Source: Octopus vulgaris (Eukaryota). Taken from it: a stretch of DNA of 64,000 nucleotides. The position numbers and the translations under genes are program-made. The notes beneath the pieces are model-generated. The model was not told the DNA's origin and made no database searches. It saw only the letters and a list, made by a program, of their open reading frames with translations. The stretch's first letter is position 1; every line of letters starts with the position of its first letter. Positions 1 to 14,025 of the stretch are shown here, one piece after another. Where the stretch lies: assembly GCA_951406725.2 (NCBI GenBank), contig OX597825.1, forward strand, positions 5,580,001 to 5,644,000. The letters run 5' to 3'.

Positions 1-180
1 CCTAACCTACAAACACACTATTCTACTGTTCTACTGTTCTACTATTCCATTATTCTACTATTCTACTATTCTGTATCATTAAATTCTCACCTAAAGCAAT
101 AAAGAAGCTTTAGTCTTTCCAATCAGGTTTGACAAAAAAAAAAGAATGGAAGTTGACAGATAGTTCAGTGACATTCCTAA

Positions 181-1309
181 TACCTCTCTCTCTCTCCCTC
201 TCTCTCCCTTTCTCTCCCCCTCTCTCTCTCTCTCTCTCTCATATGTGTGTGTGTGTGTGTGTGTATGTATATTTTTTCCATCTTAGTTTTCTGTTTCTAT
301 AATATTCGCTTTTTTTATTCTCGCTTTCTCATGCAATTTGTATCTTTCCATCTCTCTCTCTCTCTCTCGCACCCTCCGTCTCTCTCTCTCTCTCTCTCTC
401 TCATTTCTTTTGTTTTTACCATGTCAAATACAGCTCCACCCTCCCTCTCTCCCTCTCTCTTATTCTCTTTCTGTCTCACTCTCACTTTTCTTTCCCCCTC
501 CCCTCTCTCTCTCTCTGTTTCCCTCTTTTCCTGAACCGTTTACTTAATTATTTCCCCCTCTAATTCATGTGTCTACTTCCTTATTTATTCTCGCTCTTGC
601 TTTCACCCTCTCTCTCCCCCTCTCTCCCTCTCTCTCTCTTTCTCTCTCCCTGACTCTCTCTCCCCCCACTCACACACACACCCTTCACTCACTGCCATTA
701 TCTTTAACATTATTCACACACCTTCTCCATCCCTCCCTCCCTCCCCCTCCTCTCCCCTTTCCCCCTACCCTCACATTCCTGCAGTACATTCCAACATTGC
801 CTCCTCTCCTTCTCCCCCCCCACTTACCATCAGTCTCTTACACACTTTTTCTCTTTCCTTCATCTTGCTTTCCGTCATTCTTTACTCACTTCCTCTCTCT
901 CTCTCCCTCTTCATCTTTCTCTCTCCCTATGTATCTCTTTCACTCTCTTTCATTTTCTCTTACTCGCTCTTTCGCTTGCTGTCTATCTCTCTCAATCTTT
1001 CTTACTCTCTCCCATTTCTTCTCTCTCTCTTTCACTCTCTCTTTCACTTATTCCCTCTTTCGCTTGCTCTCTTTCTCTCTCAATCTTTCTTGCTCTCTCT
1101 TTCCCTTTTCTTCTCTCACTCTCTCTTTCACTTACTCCCTCTCTCGCTTGCTCTGTCTCTCTCTCTCCCTTGTTCTCTCTGTCTTTCTCTCTCTCTCTTT
1201 CTCTTACATGCCTTCATATGCCCAAGTAATGCTTCAGTCTCCTTACCTCGACAATTCCCTCTCACTCTTTCCCCTCTCACCTTACATATACTATTTCTTC
1301 TTCCCCCCA

Positions 1310-1340
<31 letters not shown>

Positions 1341-1555
1341 AACCGATTCCTCTTAAACATCCCTTTTATGTTCTATCCTGTTTCTCTTTCATTTCTCCTT
1401 ACATGCCTTCCTAAGCCTACGTAATGCCTACGAGTATCTCTCCTTACATCTCCCCAACTCACTCACACTTCCCCTCATGCTTCTCTCTCTCTGTCTCTCA
1501 TGCACCCCACCCCTCTCTCTCTCTCCTTCTACCCTGTCTATCTAAATCTCTTTTC
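181..1555. repeat. Long polypyrimidine (CT)n-rich low-complexity tract
   Basis: Near-continuous CT/CCT/TTC runs on the + strand. The overlapping L/S-rich ORFs are artefacts. Confidence 0.9.
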
Positions 1556-1749
1556 AATGTTATACTATAGAAATAACACCAGCATTTCCTCACACATAGC
1601 TATACAGTTCGCTTAGTTGTTCCTTCTAAACATAACACACCCTGCTTACTCACGTCTGACACAGCGTTCTCGTATCATGTTTACAAACAAATACACGCAC
1701 GCAAATTCACACACCTATGTACATATATAAACATACTTAGGTTTGTACG

Positions 1750-1840
1750 TTTATATATGTATATATGTATATATATGTATATATATATATATATTATTTA
1801 TTATTATTATTTAATTGAACGTGACGCATCCATTTCCAAG

Positions 1841-1929
<89 letters not shown>

Positions 1930-2161
1930 ATGTGTATATATATAATTGGCATGAGCATGATGACTCTCCCAAGACACACCATAAATATATTTATATACAC
2001 ACACACACACACAAACATATATATGCATTTATGTACGAACATACATATACATATACTTGTATGTATGTGTATACAAACGGATATATGTTTTTATACACAC
2101 ATGTATACATACATATTTGTATGTGTCCATATGCATGTATGTATATACTGTATATGTATTT

Positions 2162-2209
<48 letters not shown>

Positions 2210-2279
2210 AATGTATATACATATATATATATATATATATGCATTTATAGATGAACATACATATACATATATATGTACG

Positions 2280-2317
<38 letters not shown>

Positions 2318-2377
2318 CACATAAATGTATATACATATATATATGCATTTATAGATGAACATACATATACATATACG

Positions 2378-2432
<55 letters not shown>

Positions 2433-2455
2433 CATACATACATATATCATACATA
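1750..2455. repeat. Compound (TA)n/(CA)n/(TACA) microsatellite field
   Basis: Direct inspection. Similar fields lie at about 11215-11420, 19660-19950, 31590-32070, 32980-33300, 43500-43813 and 62900-63930. Confidence 0.95.
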
Positions 2456-2622
2456 TAAAAGCTTGATTACCGAAGTTGGTCCACGCAAGTTATGTGTTCC
2501 GCAAAAGAAGCCGATAGAACAAATATCAGGCTTTAAGAAATATAAGTTCTGGGACCGATTCGTTCGACTAAAATTCTTCAAAGCGCTGCTCCAGAATGGC
2601 CGCGGCCTAATGACAGAAACAG

Positions 2623-2681
<59 letters not shown>

Positions 2682-3002
2682 TCGATTCGCAGAATAGATG
2701 AAACAGGGGACAACTGAAGAAGGGGGATATTCTTTATGTTGCATGTCTCGTTCCTCTGTTTTTTTTTAGGAAAAAATAAAGTTCATTGTCCAACGTTTTT
2801 TTTTGTGTTCTGTACTCATATATGCATCTATATATACATATATATGTAGCTATGTACATATATGTATGTATATATGCATATATTTATATATATATTTATA
2901 TTACATATTATTTATATTATATATATATATAGGAAAACGCGCGTAGTGATGCATTCAATGTTTGTAAATTTCATCCAGGGATTATTGTTATTGTTATTGT
3001 TG

Positions 3003-3070
<68 letters not shown>

Positions 3071-3157
3071 GTATACACACGCACACAAACACACACTCAT
3101 ATATATATATAATGCTTATGTGTGTGTGTGTGTGTGTATGCGTATACGTATGTATGT

Positions 3158-3239
<82 letters not shown>

Positions 3240-3898
3240 AGGAAACTGTGAAATGTGAATTAAATTTAGTGAAAATAAAATCAATTCTTTTACTTCCCGA
3301 ATACTTTTTATATTTATTTTGTCCCCAGTTGAAATTCAGAAATGTTTCTCTCGTAAATCAGCCACATTCTGCTGCTTGGTATAACTCTGGCATTGATATA
3401 CATACAGCATTAGTCATTCTTCAAGACAGCATTATTATGATTTAGTACGCAGTGGGATGTTAAGCAAAAAAAAAAAAAAAATACAAAAAAAAACATTTCC
3501 TTCTTTTTACAACTCATCGTCAAAAAAATGTGTAAACTACAGCAGCACTGTTGAAATCAAAGCTTGTAGAATGAAAAGTTTCTTTCTTCATCTCTCTCTC
3601 TTAATCAGCTTCGTCCCTCTCACCCTAGCTTCCACTGCTGTCTCTCTCACTTTCTCTCTCTCTCTCTTTCTTTCCTCTCTTCCTATTTCAAAGGCATTCT
3701 TTTTTTACTGCCGTTCATTTTGGCGAGGTCTTTCTTTCTTCACATCTAGTTTAGTAGCATCGCACTATAGCTTCAATGATGCTATTGTTTAAAGATACAC
3801 GTTAGAGGTCCTGCTGTCAGACAGAACAATCCATTGTTTCGGATGTGGTTCCTCTCCTGTGCAGCTTTGTCCGGGTTTCAACATCCAAATTTCGTATA

Positions 3899-4119
3899 TA
3901 CGAGAGGGCACTGAAAAGTTTCTGGCTTCAGGTAAAAGAAAATACTGGAGGATCAATTAATCATGATTTTATTCAAAATATTCCCCTCTCAGATTCACAC
4001 ATTCATTCAAGCGGTCCTTCAGCTTTTCTAAGCCCTGTAAAAAAACTCGGAAACCTGGGCCTCCAGCCAGGCCCATCGCGACACCCTTAAAGCCAGGAAC
4101 TTTTCAGTACTCCTTCGTG
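3899..4119 (-). mobile_element. Mariner-derived MITE, copy 1 (~220 bp)
   Basis: TIRs cgagagggcactgaaaagtttctggctt ... aagccaggaacttttcagtactccttcg, with TA at the left end. The interior matches the four other copies. Confidence 0.85.
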
Positions 4120-4122
4120 TGT

Positions 4123-4161
<39 letters not shown>

Positions 4162-4234
4162 AAACTTAGATATATATTTCGACCAAAGATTGGTCTAACT
4201 TAATAGCACCACCTGATAGGTTTAGCTAGATCCT

Positions 4235-4392
4235 CTTAAGTCGTGTTTTTGTGGTATCATGGTCCATTTGAGTAAGGCGTTCTTGTTGAGTGAGTTGTAT
4301 CTAGGTATAGGTGGCTTATCTGGTATTCCTTGAAGAAATTTGTCCAGATTCCGTTTTAAAATGATGGGATCCTTTTCTTCTTTGATCTGTTA
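4235..4392 (-). mobile_element. CR1-type LINE 3' end fragment
   Basis: Minus strand reads QIKEEKDPIILKRNLDKFLQGIPDKP, resembling the CR1 ORF2 C-terminus (FK..LDKFL..IPD.P). Confidence 0.6.
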
Positions 4393-4431
4393 AATAAGAA
4401 AAGAAATTGTCTTGCAGCGAATTCGGTACGG

Positions 4432-4468
<37 letters not shown>

Positions 4469-5304
4469 ACCGATAAGTCAGCTCACAACACCATTTTCCG
4501 AAAATTTCCTGAAAGAAAAATAAAGCCCTAACCGCGAAATATTGAAATACAAGTTAAAAGTACATAACATTGACTTTTACATTTTCACATCACTTGTTTT
4601 ACCTTAAGAAAAAAAAACATGTATATATATGAGTGTGTGTATATTATACATATATGTGTGTGTTTGTATTATATGTGTTCTGCTTGCGTGTGTGTGTACG
4701 AATCGTAGCTACTAAAGAACAGGAAAAAAGTGGTTGATAACCTACAGCAGTGCAATGATTCTAGATTTTTCAAATACAAAATCAACATTTATTTAATTTT
4801 TTTGTCTTTTATTGTTTATGCCTAAAGAACCTGTTACCTGTCGTGGAAAACACCAGCGAAGCAAATTACATACACACCTTGATGACATTACTTTGTATAC
4901 AAGGTGACAATGCAGACTTTAAAAATAAATAAATAATAAATATAAAACTTTGTCTAGCAATGGAAGTATGCTATGCGGTCGAATGACATTGTGTGAGAGT
5001 TTTAGGACAAGTATGAGAAACATCATTGGTGCAATCAGATCCACAACAATACATCAACCCGGAGCTAGGTAAGAAAATATAATCAGTAATTTTTTTCAAC
5101 TATTCAGGTAAAACAATAACACAAATAGTTGTTGGGTTTTCCAAGACGTAAAAATATTTTTATAAAATGATAAGTAATGTATCAGAAATAAAGTTATTAT
5201 TATTTGCTGTGAAATGGTTTATAGGAAGGGTATATCACAAAAGAAAGAAAAAAGGTTTGTTATGAGTCAGTTTGTCCTGCGGTTAACATGGACAATATAG
5301 GTTC

Positions 5305-5690
5305 AGGCGTGGCTGTCTGGTAAAAAGCGTGCTTCGCAACCACATGGTTCCGGGTTCACTCCTACTGCGAGCCATCTTCTATTATACCCTCGAACCGACC
5401 AAAAGTCCCGTGAGTGGATTTGGTAGGCGCAGACCCTCACGTGTGTGTATGCGTGTGTATGTGTGTGTTTGTGTGTGTTTGTCTCTGCGGTTGTTCCTGA
5501 ACACCGCTTGACAACCGGTGTTGGTGTGTTTACGTCTCGGTAACTTAGCAGTTCGGCAAAATAAGGGGTAGTATAAATACCAGGCTTTAAAAAACAAAGC
5601 ACTAGGGCCGATTCATTCGACTAGACATTCCTTAAGGCAGTGCCCCAGCATGGTCACAGTTTAATGTCTGGAACAAGTAAAAGATAAAAC
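5305..5690 (+). mobile_element. tRNA-derived SINE, family A (octopus OR-like)
   Basis: Head ggcgtggctgtctggtaa...ggttccgggttcact (A/B-box-like), internal (TG)n and tail ...ccagcatgg...acaagtaaaagataaa. Homologous to many copies in the window. Confidence 0.85.
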
Positions 5691-5721
5691 ATGATATACA
5701 TACAAACATAACACGTAAAAA

Positions 5722-6019
5722 TATCTGGTACTCCGTCACTTTCGACGACGAGTGTTCCAGTTGATCCGATCAACTGAACAGTCTACTCGTGAAAGTAACT
5801 TGCAAGTGGCTGAGTACTCCACAGACGCGTGTACCCTTGCAGAATGTGACAAGGGTGGATCTTTGAAATACAGGTACAGCTCGTTTCTGCCAGCTGAGTA
5901 GACTGGACTAAAGTGAATTAAATTGTCTTGCTCGATGGCACTACGTGCCGCCGGGAATTGAACTCACCACCTTGCGATCGTGAGCCGAATGCCCTGACCA
6001 CTAAGCCACGCACTTCCAC
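5722..6019 (-). mobile_element. tRNA-derived SINE, family D
   Basis: Minus strand gtggcttagtggtcagggcattcggctcacgatcg...gagttcaattccc is a tRNA-like head. Body is shared with 55870-56115. Confidence 0.75.
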
Positions 6020-6224
6020 ATACATACAGACAGACGTAAACAACAATACTCACATACGCTCAAGGCTGCAAACTGGACGTGTCGCTGACGCGTCAGCATT
6101 ACTAAACAAAAAAAACGCAGGTTGTTCTGTTGATCAAATCAACTGGAACTCTCTCCGTCGTAAGCAACTGCGCACTATATACATGTGTGCGCGCGAATAC
6201 ACACACAGACACACAGACACACAC

Positions 6225-6257
<33 letters not shown>

Positions 6258-6279
6258 TGTATGTATGTATGTATGTATG

Positions 6280-6374
<95 letters not shown>

Positions 6375-6685
6375 GAATTTTAAATGAAGGCAAAAGAAAA
6401 AAATTTCTATGCCAATATGCTGAAAAACAGATTTTAGATCGTCTAACCACATACAATATTTTTCACTATAAATGCACAACATGTTGAAACGAGGTGAGTA
6501 AGCTAACAGAATAGTTTTAGAGATTTTTATTACCGAATCGAACCGATTTCTGGATTAATCCACAAGGATTCTTCCATCTTCAGCGAGAAAAATGATTAGA
6601 AATAAATGGAACACTTTCAGATGCCCACTTTGAAAGGTATTTCAATATGCTGGCGGTTGATAATTTTTTTTGAAAAATTTTATCC

Positions 6686-6790
<105 letters not shown>

Positions 6791-7888
6791 CACATACATA
6801 CATACATACATACATACATACATACATACATACATACATACATACATACATACATACATTTGAACACGTCGAAAAGTTTTCAGTGCAGTTTGTCATGGAG
6901 GTGTATTCTCGCTGGAGATAAAATGGTGTAAAGACATTATGGTCAGTTCAGAGCGCCTTCTATTGTACTAGTGGAAGCACTGCTCATGAATATGTCTGTG
7001 TGTGTATATGTGTGTTCGCGCCTGCGAGTGCACGTGCATGTGTATGCAAGTGCGTGTGTGCCACGTGCTTGTGTGTATGAGTATATTTGAGACAAAAGTA
7101 GGAAAGAAAAGGCGAAAAAATAACATGAATAAACTTAATAGAGAAAATGGTATCTAGAACCGTAAGAAGATGGGAAAATGTAGAATAAAATGAAGAAAGG
7201 AGTGAAAATGATTTATTACTTAAAATGAAGAAGGGAAATTGAATGAGGAGAACAAATGAGATTATGTGAGGTTCATTTGCTAATGGTTTTTGTAGAGCAC
7301 ATGTAAGGAATCGTAAGTGAGAGTCGTGCTAGACACGGAATTGTCGAATTACCATACAGGGAGCTTAAATCTTGCTCTATAACACTAATAAACGCTGACC
7401 ATAAAATAAATTCGAAGAATGATGAGAATACCAAGGAGGAGTCGAGTTGGATGGAGGAAAAGGTTTAAAGAGAACGTATTGGAATGGAAGATATTGAAAG
7501 AAATAAAGTTGGCGAGAAAAGAGATTAAAAGACTTAAACGCAATCATGACGGGTATCAGAGCTAGAACAACCTGGAACGTGCTGTTCAGTTTAGTGGTGT
7601 TAATGAATTTTGTGTTATGAGACCAGACTAGAAACGAGCAGTTGAATCACTTGCTTTTAGTTAAAATACGTTGCCTGGTAAAAAGATGGGTTTGATTATT
7701 TCAAATGTATTCAACATCAAAAATAGATACTGTAAGTTTAAATAGTAGAGTGACTAAGAAAAATAGGAGAGGTTAATTAAAGTGTTTTCCCCCTTGCCAT
7801 AGAAACAGACACGAAGGACATCTGCGACAGTTTCTATGTGTTTGGCTGTTCTCAGCTGAAGTAGACACTTCACTATTTTAAATATCAC

Positions 7889-8535
7889 TCATTGGCCCTC
7901 TGAGACACGTTGGCTATTTTCTCTCTCCATAATCCTTTCCCAGTCCCACCATACGCACAACATCGTTTTACGCGGATGAAAATCTTGTTTCACGCGCGGT
8001 GTCGCTTGTTTACCTGGGTTAAGCCATACCTTACACTGCTTCATATTGACGTACAGGCACCATTTTTCGTCGCCAGTAACGATTCGGTAAAGAAATCGTT
8101 GCTTGCGTCCATGAGTTGAGCGGTGACGAGCAAGCAAACCAGCGGAGATTGTGGGGCGTTGATTTTTGTTGTTGTCACTTAAAGCATGCGGAATCCATGC
8201 TCCATGCTTCTGAACCTTTCCCATCGAGTGAAGATGCTTCTCTATAGCAGTGTGCGAGCATTCCATATTCTCTGCCAGTTCCCTTGTCGTTTGACGAGAA
8301 TTTTCGTGCAAAAGTTGGGTTAATCGCTCTTCATTGAACTCAACTGGACGGCCAGAACGAGGTGCGTCTTTGAGGTCAAAATTTCCGTTTTTGAACTTGG
8401 CATACCAATCACGAGCGATTCTTTCAGCTATGGCACCCTCTCCATACACAGCGCAAATGTCGCGAGCAGCTTTTGCGGCCTTAGAACCTCGATTAAAAGC
8501 AAAAGAAGGAGGTGTCGAAATGCTCGTTTTTCTAT
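7889..8535 (-). pseudogene. Mariner transposase pseudogene (HTH domain to the first catalytic Asp)
   Basis: AARDICAVYGEGA...FKNGNFDLKDAPRSGRP, WIPHAL (WVPHEL motif), IVTGDEKW, KTMLCVWWD. Frameshifted near the N-terminus and truncated before the second and third catalytic Asp. Confidence 0.92.
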
Positions 8536-8716
8536 TTTAATGATCTGAAAATAAACAAAAATTAACTAAAATTAACTAGAAAAAAAAAGAAACAAAATAG
8601 ATTCCAAAATGATTCAAAACTAGAATTCTCGAAAAACAAAATAGATTTCAAAATTTAAAAACGCAATAAATTCCAAAATTAAAAAAAAACGGTGGGAACT
8701 TAGTTGCCAACCCAAT
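7889..8716 (-). mobile_element. Truncated mariner (Tc1/mariner) transposon with left TIR
   Basis: TIR-like ttgggttggcaactaagttcccaccg at 8690-8716, followed by transposase-coding sequence. The 3' part and right TIR are missing. Confidence 0.85.
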
Positions 8717-9092
8717 GCATACCCAAAGAGATGGCTTATTTCCAGTAGTTTACACACAAAGCTAAAGCGAAAACGAGAAGTTTTCGCAGTTTTGTAAAAA
8801 CAATTAACGTTTGAAATTCTATCCATACAACATACTTCAGTCTTTCTCTCCCTATCATATTGTATGTTTTCGTCTCAGGTTTTTAAAAATAATGAAATAT
8901 ATCATATTCTATGTATTTGTTTCAGGATTTTAAAAATAGTTAAATGCATGTTAGAACATATATGTATATGTATGTATATATGTGTGTATGTGTGTGTATG
9001 TGTGCGTGCGCGTATGTATGTGTCTTTGCATATATGTATATATGCATGCATGTATGTATGTATGCATGTATGTATGTATGTATGTATGTATG

Positions 9093-9123
<31 letters not shown>

Positions 9124-9411
9124 GCATACATATATATATGAGCGTATGTAAGTATGTATATGTCAGATTGCATATCAACTTCCATACATTACCTCATATA
9201 TGGGCTGGACTTAAAAACGTTTGTTATAAGTGAACACAGACATGACAGAAGTCAATAGACAATCTTATAATCACTAAAATTTATATAAACTGAAATTATG
9301 CAATCAAATTATTTATTAATTATTATAATGAGAATATCTAATATTTAGTAGACATGCCCTTTGCTTTTTTCAAAGGAAGGACTGTGTTAAACATGCTACT
9401 GATCAGATGAC

Positions 9412-9472
<61 letters not shown>

Positions 9473-9476
<4 letters not shown>

Positions 9477-9678
9477 ATCCAAACAAGAAAACACAAAAAA
9501 AACACAACAACGCGAGGACGTGGAACAAATATAGTATTATTGGACGCTCAGGAAAGAAGGGAAGAAGGAGGATTTAACGTTTCGAGCGGAGCTCTTCGTC
9601 GGAAACATAGGAGAAGGAAAGATACAGGGAAGGGAAGACAGAGGAAAAAATCGCCAGCGGTACACACGAGGTCACATT
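9473..9678 (-). mobile_element. Short (TA)n-embedded repeat with a hammerhead-like fold (putative Penelope-like pLTR fragment)
   Basis: Near-identical to 12008-12210. Minus strand 9572-9606 reads gttt-CCGACGA-a-gagc-tcc-gctc-GAAA-cg-TT-aaat. Confidence 0.6.
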
Positions 9679-9679
9679 T

Positions 9680-9714
<35 letters not shown>

Positions 9715-11225
9715 GTGCGTTTAGATAAATATAAAAATATACACACTACATCGTGTGTGGGTTGAGCTTTCGGCCCAGCATGTATTAATGCAAACAGTGG
9801 AGATAAGGTGAATAGTTGTATGGGGCAATATATATGTGGGCCGGATAATGATACCAATTCAATTATCTTTCCCTAATTCTTTCAAAGAAGCACATAAAAA
9901 CTAAGCGATAATGAATTTCATTTGAAATAAAGGCCTACTCAATCTCTAGGATGGGTCCAGTTGTTTTGTCACGAGAGAAGGATGGTAATTTAGATCAAGG
10001 AGACAAGGAAATAGTTCATATGTACTGGAATGGTCAGTCTTGACCTCTTTATCGTTTCATTATCTGTAAATATTTTTGTTTTGTTCTATTCTTTGTTTTA
10101 TTCTCCAATCTGTTTCGAATCCTTAGAATCTGAGCATTAGAACACCAATATAAATTATATTCGACCGAATTCCTTTTTTCTTATCTTTTTATTTTGAATG
10201 TAATTGTACAGTAATGACTCGATATTCCAGTTAATTCGCTCCCGAAACCGCTCTTAAAGCGAAAACTCGTAAAGCAAAGCAATAATTTCCACATACCTTA
10301 ATACTTTATCCACATACTTGAATATACAGTTGGCAGATGTGACTGTTGGTCAGATTCCTTCAAGGTATTTGAAATCGAGCCTTACGTTGAACCGCGTGAT
10401 TCTTCTTTGGACCGGAGCAAAAGCCCGTCCCTCATCATTTATCGTTCATTGAAGTGTACTGGTAGGTAATTGACACTATACGTCTTCTGTAGTCCTCACA
10501 TACCGAACATATCAACATATTCGTTAATATCATCCGGTGTTCGTTTAGCATTTGCTTGAATTTCTCCAATATTAAAAATGAATTGAATAATATCCTTTAT
10601 GCACTCACTTGAATATATATACGGTGATGTCTCCATTTGTGTAAGGCAGAGTTATTAATTTTCCATAGTAGCAATGTTATAAATTCTTATTCGTTCCCAG
10701 GAAAATATTTTACCTATAAAATTTATAATTCTTGAAAATAAATGGCAATAAAGCAACAGTAGGACTTAAAGAATATTTTATGTAAAGTGAAAAGAATGTC
10801 AAGATCATTTATAATAAAAAAAATATTATTACTATAATCGTTTTCTGAATTACTTTCACTCGCACAAGACTCACGCAAACCATCACTTGTAGACGCGATC
10901 GTAGATTCACAAGCACTCGTAGACAGACTTGTAGATTTCGTTTTAAACAACAAGACTAGAGTTGTTTGCTTAGAAGAAGCTTCTTTTTCGTTCTCTAAAA
11001 ATTTATCGGTAACACGCAGAAGCATTTGTTATGACTGTAGAAACTTTTGTACTTTGTTCAAAATTTCGACCTAGTGCTGGAAAAATTTCAGCTCACCATA
11101 CAAAAGTGAACTGAAAAATAAAAATCGTACATCCGAGGTTTCGTACAGCGGAGCCTCTTAAAGTGAGGTATTAACTGTAACCATGCAACAGGTTGTACTG
11201 GATTATATGTTTGTACGTATGTATG

Positions 11226-11417
<192 letters not shown>

Positions 11418-11778
11418 TAAATGTACCATATGAAATCACATGAAAATTAAAATGCCATTTCACTCAATTACATTATACACACCCAAGGGATGTGTTATTC
11501 CCAACAGTTTACAAACAAAATTAAAACCATAGATATAAGGACATGGTCTTTGGCGACTCAACTGGCAACCCCACCAAGCTTACTTGGTGAGGAAGGTGAT
11601 TGTTTGGCACCATGCAGGACGAAAAATAAGACCTATAAAGGGCGGAAGAGCTCGTGTTTAGTCAACGGCCATCCAAAACTATATATATATTTTTTTATCT
11701 AGTTTCAGCTCACGAGCTGTGGCCATGCTGGAGCACATATATATATCATCAAAATAAGCAACAGGATATCAAGTAGTG

Positions 11779-11843
11779 ATGCAGTACGACCGTTTCAAGC
11801 GGCTCCATTTAATTGAAGGATGCAGTGCCATCATCAGCTGCAC
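11779..11843 (-). ncRNA. Putative type I hammerhead ribozyme, canonical core
   Basis: gtgcag-CTGATGA-[irregular stem II]-GAAA-cggtcg-TA-ctgcat. Stem I is 6 bp and stem III ACGGUCGU is self-complementary. Confidence 0.6.
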
Positions 11844-11924
11844 AAGTAAATAAATAGAATTATAACCAGTTGGACATAATATAATTTTTCTCAAATACTT
11901 TTACAGAGCAAGAAGATGGAAGAA

Positions 11925-12007
<83 letters not shown>

Positions 12008-12009
<2 letters not shown>

Positions 12010-12210
12010 TAATCCAAACAAGAAAACAAAAACAAAAAAACAACAACGCAAGGACGTGGAACAAATAAAGTATTATTGGACGCTCAGGAAAGAAGGGAAG
12101 AAGGGTTCGACGTTTCGAGCGGAGCTCTTCGTCGGAAACATAGGAGAAGGAAAGATCCCGAGGAGGGAAGACAGGGGAAAAAATCGCTAGTGATACAGAC
12201 GAGGTCACAT
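12008..12210 (-). mobile_element. Short (TA)n-embedded repeat with a hammerhead-like fold
   Basis: Copy of 9473-9678. Motif at 12105-12139: gttt-CCGACGA-a-gagc-tcc-gctc-GAAA-cg-TC-gaac. Confidence 0.6.
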
Positions 12211-12757
12211 ACGCATACAAACACAGACATACACACGGACACACACAGATACACGGAGACAGAGATACACACAGACACACACACATACTGTATGTAAACA
12301 ATTATATCATACTAGTAAGAACTGCAACAAGACGAATAAATGTCTCAATACTATTAGAGCGGAATGATATTCCTTGAAATGTGAGAGTCTGTGTGAGTCT
12401 GTGTGAGTCTGTGTGAGTCACCTGAAGATCGAGGACAAGCAAGAAGCCCAAAGTAGCGAGGACTGTCTTGGCTAAAACCAAAATCCAGTACTGTACAATA
12501 GAATCTGCTTTAATTAGTGCTGTTTTAATTAGCATGAATATTTATGAGTTGCTCGGCATTGTCTTTGATTGTATGATTTTTTTATACTACTAATTATTCT
12601 TTTAGTTACTGGTGTGGCTCTTAGTGTTGCTATTATTATAAGGATGCAGTTAGCCGAAATTAAAGGGCGTATGTATATATATATATATACATATATATAT
12701 ATGTATATATATGTATGTATGTACATATGTATGTATGTATGTACATATGTATGTATG

Positions 12758-12811
<54 letters not shown>

Positions 12812-13359
12812 TGTATGTATGTATGTATGTACGTATGCATGTATGTATGTATTTAAATGTGTGCCTACGCATGTATGTATAATTAATGTAAATTCAATCA
12901 CTAAGAATAGCTGGTTACTATCATAGTAGTAGTAGTAGTAGTAGTAGTAGAGTTCTATAGAGGGCTGGTTGTGCTTTGACAAACCAATTGCACGGCCCTC
13001 GATTCTATTTCTAGTTACAACTCGACCAACAATGACATGTAGAACGTGATGGCAAGATCCGCAAGGCCTCGTCGTTACATTTGGTGTTGCTATAGTTATA
13101 ACGATGGTCTTATTCAGTATGGCCACCCAGCAAACGCTGTGAATGAATAACAGATGGAATGGCAGTATCTGAAACGCCTTGCATAGGAAGTTCTACTCGA
13201 CCAAAAGACTGACTTTTAGCTGGGTATCATCAGGAATAACAACAACATCACCAACATCAACCACAACTCCGTTGGACACATTTTCGGTATCACATCTTTA
13301 CAGATTCTTTGGGTCCTTAATTGTGAAATTTTTATGTTTTACTGTTTTATGTAAAGACT

Positions 13360-13685
13360 CCTTTCGGTTATGAATGACTGTGGGATTGCACCTAGAAAAT
13401 TACCCCCCGAGGTACAAGTCCGGACAAGGTTGCTTATGGAAGACCAGCAGTCGCCCCCTGCATACAAGCGTTCCCCGCTCCACGCCACCGATGTTATCCA
13501 GGGGAAGTCAATTGCCGATACAGCTTGGCACCTGTGACGTCGCAATTCATGTCTACAGCTGAGTGAACTGGAGTAACGCGAAATAAAAGGTCTTGCTCAA
13601 GAACACAACACAGCCTTGTCCGGGGATCGAACCAACAACCTCATGATTATGAGCCCGACGCTCTAGTCACTGAGTCATGCACCTT
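13360..13685 (-). mobile_element. tRNA-derived SINE, family D
   Basis: tRNA-like head on the minus strand, then gttgtgttcttgagcaagac...ctccagttcactcagctgtag. Head-to-head with the next copy. Confidence 0.8.
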
Positions 13686-13703
13686 TATGTATGTTTTATG
13701 CAT

Positions 13704-14025
13704 GTGAAGGCACATGGCTTAGTTGTTAGAGCATCGGGCTCACAATCATGGGGTAGTGAGTTGGATTCCTGGACCGGGCTGCGTGTTGTGTTCTTGAGCA
13801 AGACACTTTATTTTCACGTTGCTCCAGTTCACTCAGCTGTAGAAATGAGTTGTGATGTCATTAGTACCAAGCTGTATCAGTTTTTGCATTTCCCTTGGAT
13901 AATGTTGGTGGTGTGGAGAGGGGAGGTTGGTATGCATGGGCGACTGCTGGTCTTCCATAAATAGACTTGAGCCTCCGAGGGTAACTTTGTAGGAGCAATC
14001 CCATGGTCCTTTGCTGTTTCATGTC
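13704..14025 (+). mobile_element. tRNA-derived SINE, family D
   Basis: atggcttagttgttagagcatcgggctcacaatc...gagttggattcc head, then gttgtgttcttgagcaagacacttt...ctccagttcactcagctg. Confidence 0.8.

Noticed and set aside
9950-11030. Possible decayed piggyBac-like transposase on the minus strand
   Set aside because: Only a vague resemblance (acidic Ser-rich N-terminal stretch, scattered words) with many stops. It needs a tBLASTx or HMM search.
11097-11110. 14-nt minus-strand micro-exon (ttttcAG ... GTGAGC)
   Set aside because: Splice-like words this close can occur by chance in AT-rich DNA, and there is no other support.
13704-13775. tRNA genes at SINE heads (also 5305, 18703, 22544, 29487, 38975)
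   Set aside because: The cloverleaves are degenerate and run into shared SINE bodies without a Pol III terminator.
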